A model generated the notes under the pieces. It made no database searches. It worked only from the letters and a program-made list of their open reading frames with translations, and was not told the origin of the DNA. A stretch of DNA of 63,817 nucleotides, the filler included, from Choristocarpus tenellus KU-1152 (Eukaryota; Protista; Phaeophyceae): assembly GCA_964200185.2 (NCBI GenBank). It is 7 parts of 7 records of this genome, joined end to end, with 100 filler letters (N's around TTAATTAATTAA, not from the genome) between each part and the next. Parts side by side here need not be neighbours in the genome. Positions count along the whole stretch, not along the records: positions 24,456 to 52,846 come from CAXNAD020000124.1; positions 52,947 to 61,198 come from CAXNAD020004934.1; 5 more parts are not named here. One strand, written 5' to 3'. Shown here piece after piece: positions 47,837 through 60,300 of this stretch. Position 1 is the stretch's first letter. The number at the start of each line of letters is the position of its first letter. Both the position numbers and the translations under genes were made by a program.

Positions 47837-50800
47837 TCAGCGAAGGCTGGTACGTCCCAGGACCTTTGCACCACTGATCCTACCCTTAGTGGCAGCAGCA
47901 ATGCTTAGTGTCTCCACGAGATCTTCCTTGTCTGTGGTGAAGCCTACCGCCCTCTCCAGTATTGCCACAGCCTCTTGCCCCTCCTCCATAGTTGAGGCTG
48001 TGTTGATCTTCAGATTGCCAAACTGGACAAGGGCCGGCTGGATTGACAATATTTGATGCAATATGATTGTGTACAATCAGTTTTTGATGGACAAGATCAC
48101 ATAAAAATAAGACATACACACAGACACAGACACAGAGACAGACACAGAGACAAGAAAGGATGTATCAGAAGCAGCACCTGTGGGCACAATTGAGTGTGAC
48201 TAAGGGTAGACAAGAACAGCAATTGACCCCAAATGGACAGCCGTCACCCCCTCCAGATACTTTGAACCTCAGATAACCATAAACAAAAACTGCTCCATCA
48301 CATCAGAGGAGATTTTCTAGACAAATTATGTTTGCGCATATATGTATGTAAAAGTTGAAGAAATGGACATCCATTGACTATCAAAAATCAAGAGAAAGCA
48401 AAAAAAACCTCATGAATTTATGTAGAACTTACAATTGCTATCTGTTTCAAAACCACACTATTAAACCTAACCCTAATTCCAATCTTCCTCAATCCTTCAT
48501 TCCATGCACTGTTGCTCCATAAATTACAAGGGAAGATCAATGATCTATTTGCTAGGGTCTGACCCATGCACAATATAAAAGGACTGAAGCAATAAAGTGG
48601 AAGTGGAGGAAGTTTGTGTTAGTAAAACCCCAACCCTTTGATTTGATGGTGCCATAGGGTTAGGGTTAAGGAACCAACACAAATTATGTATATTGTGTCA
48701 TCATGTTTGGATATATGAGCCATAATTAATAGCAACATACATAATATCAGTTTTTTTCAGGCAACTAGACAGATTTTGTGGATAAGGAATTTATCAGGTA
48801 CTGCAACACCAAATGCATCTACTGCATGCGACCAACTCACCACAAAAGTGGGGTCTGTTTGTACAGCCTTTTCTAGTAACCCCATAGCCGCCGGTACATC
48901 TTGAGTTAGCTTCAGTTGTGCAGACCAGAGGAGGAGAGAGGGAGGTATGTAAACAAGATGGATTCGAAAAAACAAATAGCAGTCATCCCCTAACCCTGAG
49001 TGGCATGAGACACTGCACAAAAAAACAATATGATTAGAGTTGGCCACTTGTCTCATTCACCCAATAATACGGAAGCAGTTGCTCTACAGCCTCTTCTCTG
49101 CCTCCAATTCTTAACTCACTCCACAAACATTCTTCTCAACTAGGGTACACTCACAGTCAGGTTGATGTCAATAATGTTGGACACATTTCTCTCACACATC
49201 ACAAGGAAAAAGTATTGAATGAACAAACAAACACACACATACATACACACAAAATGATCCAACATAAACCCAAAGTGAACCTGTTCAATGCCACCTGTTT
49301 TGACATATATCCCATGCAACGCAGAGAAGGCAAAGTTGACAGGAGAGGGCTCGCCTCCTGGTTAATGGATAAATCTAGTGTGATGTAACAAACTCATTGA
49401 CAACACCACACAGGAGTGCATAGGGAAGATCCCACTGTACTTGGGGAACACATTTAAAACTAATTTTCGAGAATATGACTCCAATAGGGTTAGGGAGTGA
49501 AGAAAAGTGTACCCAAAGGACAGTGAGGGCTCCCGAAGATAGGGGTCTCCCAAGTGCACCCAATGCACACATACATAATACACACATGCTGACATTTACT
49601 AAATGATCAAAAACAACACAGATAATAAACATACAAACAAACTATGAGCGCGATTGCTGCACTCCACAAACCCCCCCCCCCCGACACAGCAGTTATGATG
49701 ATGTAGGTACATATGGATCCATACACACCCTCAACCTGTCCCACCTGCAGAAGGGCCAAAGCCTGGTTGGCGTAAACAGCAGGACTGAGGGGATCTGCTC
49801 GGGCAGCCTTCTCAAAGAGAGAAATGATTTTGCCAGCCCCAGATGGATCACCAGACATCATGATCTGGGAGTATCCAAGTTCTGCCTATTGCACAATTAG
49901 CATTACATTCACGGCATGAGATAGTTTGATATTCTTATACTCAGGGGAATAATGGTTAGGGATTTGTGAGGGGGGCATGGCATAGTAAGATATATTTTAC
50001 TTTTAAGGTTAAGGTTAGTGCTATGACATTTTGTCAAGATGGAGGGGGGTTGACCTTCAGCACTATTTTCATTCTTATTTATGCTAAACAAGCAATAAAC
50101 AACGAGAGTCACTCTAAACAAAATAACTGTATTCTAGACAAGGTACGTGCAGGGTATACAATCTATGTACCCTCTCTCTAACCCTATTGGATAGGTTCCT
50201 CCAAAATATTGTATACCCCTAAAACAGGAACAAAGCAAGTTAACTATAGAAGCACTATTATATACTTGAAGTATATCTTTATCTTTGAGGAATGCTGAGT
50301 GTACCTCACCCCATACCAGGCTTCTACGGCAATCTCCACCATGGTTGTCACTGGTATGCCTGCAGGTATGTTTCTGCTGTAACCCAGTAATGCAGAATAC
50401 ACTTCAAACTTCTAAATGAACAGGTATGTGCCAATCTTCCCATAAAAAATGACTTTGTGACTTGGTTGACAGGTAGCTGTACAATAGCCTTCAGGAACAT
50501 GACCATGGTAGTGTGGCTGTGGGGTTGTGCCTTTCAGACAAGATCTCCTCATCACTCATCAGCAAAGGGGTATTATCTTTAACCCTAACCCTAACCCTAA
50601 TGTGAAGCTATTTCTCATTGATGGGAAATGATGATCAAAGCAGTCAAACCCCTTTGCTTTACCCTAACCCTAACCCACCCATTACATTACCCACAGAATT
50701 CTCTGCTTAACCTCAAAAAGTGACCAGAGTGTTCAGATAGGTAAGGGTTAGGTTTTAGTCTTCAGATAAGTCAACCAGGCTCAGGACATGTCTTCTGAGG

Positions 50801-52662
50801 CTGTGAAGGAGTGTGACAAACCAGATTCCCAAATATACTGCAAAGGTGTGAGGTGTGGTCTACGATGGAATAATGCCTCAGAACCTCCTGCAGGTTGATG
50901 CCTTTGTGAAAAGAATTATGTTCCCTCCTTGAGCCCATGCCTGAATACATGACACCATTGCCCTTGTGAGTGAAATACCTATTCCAAAGTATCGCAATTG
51001 TCTTTGTATAGTTTCTAAACACCTCAATAACTTGCTTGAAGTTGCTGCAGGAAAGATTAAAGTTTGTTCTACAAGTACCTTGAAGCAGCCCAATAATCAA
51101 ATCCTAAATCTTGATGATTTTCAGATTACTGTCTTCACTGCCTTAAAGGGGTAACGTTTCATCAGCATGCATGGTCTCTATGCAGGGGGGAAATCTCTCA
51201 TTGATGTGTTTGAGGGAAAGTATCCATATTCTGCACGTTAATCAAAAACGACCAATGCGTTCTCAAAACTTATTCAACCATCTGATAGGCACAGCTAAGG
51301 CCAATCCAATGCAAACACCCCAAAAACTACAAAGCACCTTCCACAAAATGTCAAAGTCACCCCTGTCTCCATCACGCCACATCTCTCAACATCAATACGT
51401 ACATCCTCATTGCAGCATGTCCTTAGTCAGTAGTCAGTACAAACAAGGCTCTATGCTCACCCTAACCCTAACCCATGGCAACGAGGAAGGACCAAGGAAG
51501 GAATCAACAAAATACACCCCACAAAAATATAAGGCAAGTCACTAACCCTAACCCTAACCCCAAACTTCTTCAACATACCTTTCATTCATGCTCTTAAGAT
51601 GAAGGCATGAGGTATGATAGTAAGCTAAGGAAAAAGTAAGAGCACCTAGCAAACTCTTAGTTTAAAGTCATAGTTCCAGTCCCAGCCCTAGCACTTCTCT
51701 GGCAATAATTGACCCTAACCCTAACCCTAACTGACCTTTGCGGTAAGAAGATTGCATGAGTTTGGATTGATGCCAAGTCCAGAGTCCAACGTCTCAATTG
51801 CTGCATTAAGATTTCCAGCCTTCACATTTGCAATGAAACCATTGTTTGTCATGTAAATTTTCAAGAAAGGTTAGGATTAAAAATCAAAATGGGGTTAGGG
51901 ATTGTTAATGGTAATAATAAGAAAATATGAAGTGAGGAGGGTATATCCACTAACCCTAACCTAAACTTTACAAAAATTGGATGATAGCTGGCTATTACTA
52001 TCATCACTGATAGTACAATGCATGGAATGAACAGGATGCATTCACTCCTACGTCACATCACCCTCCTAAAACATTTTGACCATCTTATCAATAAAGTTAT
52101 AATGCCTACAGCACTGTTATTGCATCGATGTATCTTATTTATTTCACAACCAGCAGCATCAAAACACATTGGAACAGGTGCTTCCTCTAACCCTAACCCT
52201 AACCAAAAGAACACCACAAAATGTGTTTAATGGAAGCTTCATGATATGAATCGCAACATCCCATTCCACACTACCACTTCAAAATACTCAAGATATACTA
52301 TAAATACTTACATGTTTTACTCATTCGACACTACCCACTTCAAAATACTCAAGATATACTATAAATACTTACATATTTTACTCACACCAAACACAAATAA
52401 ATACACAGAGTGTGAGCAACAAATCTTAACAATCACCCTCACACCAACCCTAACCCTAGCCAGCAAAAATGGAAACATTGACATTAACTACAGCACCTTG
52501 AAAAACACAAAATAATAGCTAACCCTAACCCTAACCCTTCCCACTTACAGAAATGTGAAGCTTTGTGAGTTGTTCCCAAGAAAATGTGTCATTTTCATTG
52601 AGGGCAATGGCCTTCTGAATGTCTTTCGAGATGGCCTCAGTATCGTCCTTGAGTCCGTGTAG
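47837..52662 (-). CDS. TOM70: Tom70-like TPR protein (mitochondrial import receptor), last five exons, ~202 aa; 5' part off-contig
   Basis: Exons 52662-52549, 51819-51736, 49885-49745, 48909-48841, 48037-47837, all phase 0 GT-AG. TPR helices; the C-terminus YANQALALLQLTQDVPAAMGLLEKAVQTDP..AVAILERAVGFTTDKEDLVETLSIAAATKGR parallels Tom70 C-termini. Exon structure is firm, orthology is inferred. Confidence 0.75.
48226..48268. mobile_element. MITE family B, isolated terminus in an intron
   Basis: CCCCAAATGGACAGCCGTCACCCCCTCCAGATACTTTGAACC. Confidence 0.6.
52268..52385. repeat. Intronic ~60-bp tandem duplication
   Basis: CACTAC(C)CACTTCAAAATACTCAAGATATACTATAAATACTTACAT.TTTTACTCA occurs twice. 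Confidence 0.9.
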
Positions 52663-52846
52663 CTGTAGGTGGACAAAGCAGAATGGTGAATGGGGTGGGT
52701 TCATGCTCTGAATGTCTAGAAAAATGTTGGGTGCACTTCTCAATTGACATTATTCATAGCCCCTACACTTGATACAATCTAGAAACCACAGCAAGCAACA
52801 CCCATGAAGGGTTAGGGTTAGGGTTGAAGTCACTACAAAACTACAC

Positions 52847-52946
52847 NNNNNNNNNNNNNNNNNNNNNNNNNNNNNNNNNNNNNNNNNNNNTTAATTAATT
52901 AANNNNNNNNNNNNNNNNNNNNNNNNNNNNNNNNNNNNNNNNNNNN
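52847..52946. other. Artificial contig linker
   Basis: Same 100-nt N/TTAATTAATTAA/N block. Confidence 0.97.
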
Positions 52947-53166
52947 TTTCTCTTCTCCCCCCCCCCCCCCCCCCCACCATCACCACATCTACCTTTGCAC
53001 CTGCTGTAGTAGATAGATGTTTCCATTACTTTGGCACTGTTTATTTTGTTGCCTTTGGACTCGCCTCCCCCATCGATTCTCCCAAATTTGTTCTGTTTTT
53101 TCACAACACACTGTTGTGGGGATACTTCATCCCCCCTGCCCCTCCGTGATCGTGGTTTGACAACAG

Positions 53167-54796
53167 GCGGCCAGGCAAGGTGCACTGTATGACATGGTGT
53201 ATGTGGAGCGACTTCCAGAAGAGCAACAGATGTCTTCTGGGCTATTCCTACCAACCAAAGAGAACCCTCGGATGCATGTATGCAAGGTGCTGACACAACT
53301 GGTGCTTCTTCAAGTCTGCACACGAGCAAATATAGAAAGCCCATCTGGTTGACTCATAGCATCCACCTGTGCCGCGGTAAATAGATGCCATAATATCACT
53401 TATGTATAGAGCATCTTTGTCTAGACTTGAATCAGTAGGCAGATGATAGATGCACAACAAAATGAAGTGGTTACATGTCAGTCTGTGGGAGTGTTGTTTG
53501 GGTCATTCCCAAAATAGAAAAAAAAAAGTGCACTATTTTATGGTCTCTGATACTGTCTTCGTTCTTGGCAGTCCATCTCGCTTGCCTTGGATGTTTGTGG
53601 GGGTAGACAGAACTACAGCACACCAGAACACCACACTGCCCCCACTGATTTGCGAACATCATCTTTTTAAAAGGCCAAATTGGGTGTTACTGGTCAAAAT
53701 GAACGTAAACGGCACAGGAGTCTCCACAGGGAGATTCATGTTATATTGTATTCTGGGTTACTGGGCATTACAATGCCGTTGATTTCTGAATTTTACCACT
53801 CCGAGAGCTTTTTTTTTATTTGGCTTTCTGATCCTTGAGCAAGCAAAAACTTGCCTTCATCCCTAACCCTAAGTATATTCGTGTGCATAAGCGTAGGTGG
53901 TGTCATTGGGGCATGGACGAGAGGGAGAGAGTGGTGCCCTCACTCCCAATGCCGACCTCAAGCCTGGAGACCTCGTGTACGTCAAGGATCCCTTTGGCAT
54001 TGGTGAGACAGTGCATGTGGGGTACTTTTTTTTGTACATACTCCCTGTACTCACTTTCCTCCACTCCTGTTTTGCATTGCTTGTTCTTGTGGGACTGTGT
54101 TCAGGTTGGATAAGAATGGCACAATTGAGGAAGGACAGGGCTTGCAGTGTTGTAGATGTAGCCAGATGATCTTGCACGAAATTCATACTTCTGAAGAGTT
54201 TTTGGGTGGTGTGTGGTGCATGATGAGTGCGGATGAATGTTGTGGGTGTTTTGTTGAAGGTAGCTCAAGAAACGGTGCTGACAGGGGATTGATTTATGAC
54301 TGCCTGTGAAGGGGGTATTTAAATTGCAGAAGTTCTGGCCTTTGGGAGTCGTCAGAATATCTGAAGACAAAGTTCCATCAGACTGTTAAATGGTGCATCA
54401 ACAGATACGACACCCAAGTTGGATACAACACAAACTGTACACAGTACCATCTGGAGGTTTCCATGGAGCGTGTTCATGTATTCTTGATAGGAGTGTACCA
54501 TCTTCAACTTGATCAAAATACAAATGCTTGTACAGTTTTTATTCAATGCACTCAGTGATAAAATCTGATTCTGCCCCCCCATCACCCACTACCCCTCCTC
54601 CAAAATCTCTCTGCTTTTCACGCAACCCTGACCAGGCCCAAGAGATGACGAGTTTTCCGGGAAGAAGTTTTCCTTTGTGAGATATTCTAGCATCTGTGCA
54701 TTGCTTCCAAACTCAGAGAATTTTGAGGAGGGTGCCAGGGCTGCTGGGGCGCTCCAGGATGAATTGGACCGAGCAGGAGCAACTTTCAAAATCTAA
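53167..54796 (+). CDS. Chaperonin-10 (GroES/cpn10)-like protein, last three exons; 5' part off-contig
   Basis: Exons 53167-53286, 53897-54002, 54636-54796 (phases 0 and 1 match): ALYDMVYVERLPEEQQMSSGLFLPTKENPRMHVCKVVSLGHGREGESGALTPNADLKPGDLVYVKDPFGIGPRDDEFSGKKFSFVRYSSICALL..*, following the GroES PL.DRV.V / GG..LP / VVAVG.G / VK.GD.V pattern. Confidence 0.85.
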
Positions 54797-56022
54797 CTCA
54801 CCCTTCAAGGGGTTGGAGGGCGGAGAATATGTCAAGAGGCCGTCACAGTTGCTATACACATAGAGGACAGAAAAAATGTCATTTGTGGAATTTTTTGTTT
54901 AGTTTTTTTCCATTTTACCCTCTGCAGTTGGAAGTACGGGAGTACAGTCAACTGTGCTGTGGTTAGCAAGGGCTGGTGTGCAAGATGGTCTTTAAACGAG
55001 GGGTATTATCGAGAATGAAAAACTTGGTGTGGACTCAAGGCGATTTTCAGCAAGGGAAAAACATTGCAATTTTTCTGCTCTTGCCTCCTTTCCATACTAG
55101 AAAGGTCAACCCTGTCTCTTCCTCTGCAGTGCAGACTTATCATTTTGGAATTTGTGCATGAAAGGTCTCTAGTGATGCCTTTCCTGTTAGACTACTTGCT
55201 CCAGCAAACCAGCCTCCTGGTTATCGCAACACCCGTAAGTACTCACTCGCGAGCTTTCTCTATTTATATGCTGAAGTGTCCTTTTCTGGAATGTGCTCCT
55301 TATCTAGTTAGGTGGTATTCCAGTACTTCACATTCACTTTGGCTGGAGGTTCATCCCCTGTTTACAATGCCATGAGTTGTCTTGGTCTCAGAAATGACAT
55401 TGGATTTATGTGCAAATTCAAACTTTTTTTCCCACATTCAAAATTTTTACACATTGCAATTAGAATGAAACTGTACTGTATGTCCTTTCTGTCCAGAAAT
55501 ATTGTTGATACGGTTCTCATGTGCTTTAATTAAGTACAGGAGGATAACCCAATACACAGAATGATCCAAGTGTTGCTAGTCTTGTCCACCTCATTGGAAT
55601 GGTTCCGGTTTCAAAATAAAGAGAGCATACTGAAAACTGTCACCCCCTACTCAGTAAACTCAATCTTAGTTCAATCAAATTTCGCATCACTCTTGCCCAT
55701 AAAAGATAGGTACAATGAGGGCACCTCTCCTTGACATGTGCAGGTGTGTACTTACCATTGCCGTCTTACCTTTCATTGAAAGGGCTTGAGTTGACTGTTA
55801 AATGCTCATTTTGTTGCCGTAATTGAAGCCTTCTAAGCGATCAAGAGTAGCATGTGCATAATACTGTGGTTTCCTTGTACTCCCTACTATCCATAGGTAA
55901 ACATCTGCCATCACTGCGTACGTTTGAGGAGATAGCAAACAGAGATGGCGCGTAGATCTCTGAGGATGAGACGAAAATGTGTGCACAAAAGACAGAACTT
56001 TCCTACGGCATCGCCGTATTGT

Positions 56023-57085
56023 TTACCCAGCTGTTGCCTCTCGAAACTGCCACTCCTGTCGACACAACGGGCACTGGTGTGGCCGGTTCTGCTGTGTCGC
56101 AAACTGCAGATGCTTCAAAACACAGTGCATGTGAAATGTGTGATTACACTGCCCCCATACTGTATCATAAGGCAACCAAGGGAGGGAGGGCGGGGGTGGT
56201 GGGGAAGGGAACGGTAAGAGCAGCTCACAGCAGAGTGGATATTTGGTCTGGCATTCCAAAAGCACCATTCCTTTCGAGGAGGTGGAGGTGGCATTTGGGG
56301 TGGCATTTGAAGGATGCCTGAGTGAGAAAGGGGGTATTAACTTAATTTTCAACATAGAACTGATCATAGGTGTGTCAAACATATGGGGGTATCGTTGGGT
56401 ATCCACAGTCGTTACACCATTTTAGCTATAGTACTACCATAAGCTTGACTTGCGGTGGCTAAGTGAAGGAACAAAAGAGTTGTAAGAACCGAAATAAAAG
56501 GTTGAAACTCCGCAATAAGCGACATCAACAATGAACGATGGGATTAATGGGAGTTTGAGAGGAAACTAAAAATGAAGAAAGATGATCAGTGTCTCAAGCC
56601 CAATCATGGTGATCAAGTCTTAGTTGTGCCAAAGATCGAGTCTCACCAGGGGAGCAGCTATCACCAGGGACGGTACAATCGGGACAGCATGCATCGAATG
56701 CCAGGCGGCAGATTCCACATACGTCATCGTTGACATCCCATTTCCACACTGCCACGCCGTGCCACCTACGACATTGGAGATAGTCAGGAACTGGAAGGGT
56801 GAACGATTGCTGGAGAAAATAAGAGTGAGAGGCACATAAAACCCCAGCAATCAACCATGGGTATCACAGTAAGGTGCTCAACCCTCGGCTTTGCTTCTCT
56901 CGTTCCGAGCTCTTCGTCATCGCCTACCCTGGGCGATAGTTGCACGTGAAGGAGAGGCACGGGATGTCGGTTTGGTTAGAAGGCCAATGGTCACGGTGAT
57001 AGATCAAACCTAGATGCCATTACGGTGAGGATGTATGTAACGTGGGGGTATGCTCCAAGCGCTCACTTATGATCTTGACCTTCAT
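56023..57085 (-). CDS. APC11: Anaphase-promoting complex subunit 11 (RING-H2), 91 aa
   Basis: Exons 57085-57067, 56928 (1 nt), 56765-56647, 56159-56023 give MKVKIIRWHGVAVWKWDVNDDVCGICRLAFDACCPDCTVPGDSCSPVWGQCNHTFHMHCVLKHLQFATQQNRPHQCPLCRQEWQFREATAG*, with classic APC11 motifs. Confidence 0.95.
56928..56928 (-). CDS. APC11: Predicted single-nucleotide exon (G) of APC11
   Basis: Minus-strand context ttctaacc...cctctccttcacgtgcaactatcgcccAG|G|GTaggc; resolves the phase-1 donor / phase-2 acceptor mismatch (A+G+G = Arg7). Confidence 0.8.
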
Positions 57086-57371
57086 CTTTAGACCTGTGTT
57101 GGAGGTTGAGGGTGGAAAGATATGTCACAGGAGTGGTTGTTCTCCTTTCTCGTCAAGTCTGTGGTTTTCCTAGATTTACACATAGAACCTGACAATAACA
57201 ATGATACATATAGGAGTACTATATAGTCCAGATAGTAAGTAGTATTGTAGGTCATTAGTTATTATTATTAGTATTGTAGGTAGGTCATTAGTTGGACTTA
57301 TTGCATGTATTTGGAAAAAAATCAAACCGAAAAATTGTCAATAGAAAACAGGTATAGTTCAACCTCTGCCA
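57086..57371. promoter_or_regulatory. Probable bidirectional promoter between APC11 and the quinone oxidoreductase gene
   Basis: Only 286 bp between divergent ATGs; AT-rich, with a duplicated TAGTATTGTAGGT..CATTAGTT motif. Confidence 0.55.
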
Positions 57372-60300
57372 ATGCCAGGTCGTCAATGGAATCCTGGTCT
57401 GGCATGGGCCTTCAAGTCACTCAATCGATTGACAAGCTTAGTCCCCCCACCACCCAGTTCCACCCGTGATCGGGTACTAGTTGTCCAAGTTCACCCTTAC
57501 GGCAAAGGTCCGTGTTTCACCTCCGCCATTGGGAATGCTGTGTGTGAGTCCCTCAACGCAGCAGGTGAGAGGGGAATGGGAAGGCATGGGTACAATTTAT
57601 TCGTTAGGGAACCCTACTCTATACCCACTATACTGCCTAAGAACATTTATAAAAAACAGCATTCTAAACATTAGCGCTGAGACAGCAAATGATATTTCCC
57701 CATCTTGGTCAACTTTGTCCATCATATGACCAAAGCGTTGTTGCAAGAAGATGCCAAGGGGGATATTACCCGTATTTACGATTTTTCTGATTGATTGGAG
57801 AAAAAGAAGTCATTCCTCCGACTAAGTTACTCCCAAAGCAGTTGGTTGAAGGATACTAAACCCCCTGTTTCCTAGGTGGAGGTTCCTTGATCTCTTTTTA
57901 TCTTATCCATTAACTCGCGTAGGGGTATACGAATACCGAACAGGAGACTCATGGGTGCAGTTGGTGGGATACTGAACATGAACCGCAGAACACGTACTGA
58001 GGAGTAATGAGGTTGACCTGGAGAAGTCGCGCCTGGCAGAATCGAGAGTTTCTTTTGATGACAGTCACAGTAGTTGCACAGTACGAAGGAGTACCACAAC
58101 TTCTACCTCGTATGACTTATCCACTCTGAGATTTGTAGTCGACTATGGAGCCATTATCCCAAGCAACCAAAGTAAATTTAGCGCAAATCTCTCGTACTGC
58201 GGAACATTCCCTCACTTCTGCCCTGACTACTCTTGTTCTCTCCATTTTGATGTTGTACACCATCAGGACATGAAGTCCGACTTAGGAACTTGTACGAGGA
58301 TGGTTTTGATCCGGTATTGACAAAGGACGAACTGCGGGAATACCTGACCGTATACAGGGACGATAAATTATCAACTGACATTAGCAATCACGTCCAGGAC
58401 TTGCAGTGGTGCTCTGGACTGGTTCTTGTTTACCCCACCTGGTGGTACTCCTTCCCAGCTGTATTAAAGGTGAGGTGCAGGTTTTGTCATGTTATGTATA
58501 GCAAGGAGGTGGGTGGATGGGTGGGTGGGAAGGGGTTGTATGTGTTGTTGGTGGAGGTAATCTTATGTTGTGCCACATTACCATCATCATACGGTGCAGT
58601 GGGCAGTGCTCAGGCTAGGTGTATTTGCTTGTACTTCCACATATTTCAGTATGTGTGAACTTTTCCCAGAGATCAACAACACACCATTTGCTTATTGAAG
58701 ATGCAAGTTCTAGGTGAACTTCCTAATCAGTCTTCAACCCACTTTTCATAAATGCAAGTTACCATGAAAGTATAGCGGGATACGTTGTACCCTGTAAGCA
58801 ACTACTGTTTGGAACAACCCTTGTCTCTTTGGTGATCCAGCAGTGTAGGCTAGTAATCACATAATCTGGGAACGAACTTCTCAGGAACGCAAAATCCCAC
58901 CATCCCTCAGGTTAGGGACAGCACGATTTCTACCTATTTCTTGATGCCGCACTACATTTGCTTCGCTGGATAATCTGCAGTTTGTGTTCAATGGTGGTCT
59001 CGCCCCCTTATATCATGAAAGTGTGCATGATATATTGCAACATGGAACTTGGCGCCCTGCGACTCTTGAAGTTGTAGATATTCACACTCTTAGTTTGTTG
59101 TTCAGGCATGGTGTGGTGTGGAAACCCATGCTATCCACAGTGGAACCTACTCACTGCATTAAAACATGCATGACTCTCTACTCCTCCTGAAATGGGACTG
59201 TATTAAAATGGTCGATCGTTCCATGCACACTTCAGCTCAACATTCATTCACGTCAGCAAGGCTGAGTTAATGTGTTCGAACTATTTTTCCTGTATAGCAA
59301 CCTGATTTCGATATCCGCAGGCCCATGCCAATCTCCTCTCCTTCTGACCCCCTTGACTGAAACGTTCTACTGACAGGGTTGGTTTGATAGGACGTTTTTG
59401 CCTGGGGTGGCATTTGATCTTCCAAACGGGACTGAAAAACCAAACCCCCAAACTGGCCTCGGAAGTCGGCTCACCAACATCACCAAGGTGGGTAAATATC
59501 ATGAATGCACCACTGGGGTAGATTTTTAGTAGCATAGATTTGACAAAAGAGCTGCACATGTAGTTCTACCTTTCAATGGCGCTAGAGTAAGATAGAATTC
59601 TTCTGCCAAGGTCGGTCTGATTGTAGCACTTGTGTTGATACGCTGGTGTTGTGTTTCTTGACTAGGAGGAGTGCAATTGTGACTCCATCAAGTGAGTGCT
59701 GTTGCAACTCCACATATGCTAATTTTGCCTTTTGGTGTTGTTGTGGAGCATGAGGTAAGCAAGCTAAGAGCCAATGAGTAAGCAAGTCTGAACAGCTATC
59801 AGTCTCCAGCTCCACAGTAGTTCTTTGTTTGCTGAGCATGAATGCAAATTGCTGCAAACAAGGAGCCTAGTGATGCTGTACTGAGTGCTTCAAAGTATGT
59901 TATTGGCTCTGAGGTTGGCAGCATTTGCTTGAGTCCTTCCCAAAATCGAAGCTGCTGTTGAGGAGGGCAATGTTATGGTGTACTCAACGCTCTTTTGAAA
60001 TTTGTTTAAGCTGAACTGTTTGGGGACTAAAATATCTAAGAAAGCTACAAGCTACACAATAGTACGATGCCCTCAAACTAGAGGTGTGTTAAAAGGATAT
60101 ATCGCAAGCTACGGAGATCCAACTTCTTCAGCGCCAGTCCAACCAACTCATTGTCTATTGTACCCACCCTGACCCCCTTCCCTGCCCCCCTTCCCTGCCC
60201 CCCTTCCCTGCCCCAATTCTGTCACTGATTTGTACGTTCTATGTCTCCTCGATGACTGCCCTTCTGTTCACCTATGATGGATGGATTCTTGCTGATGTTT

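Noticed and set aside
56766-56795. Alternative upstream acceptor for APC11 that keeps frame without a micro-exon
   Set aside because: It would insert eight residues (IPDYLQCR) into the short conserved N-terminal strand and consume the branch-like CCTGAC; disfavoured, though not excluded without transcripts.
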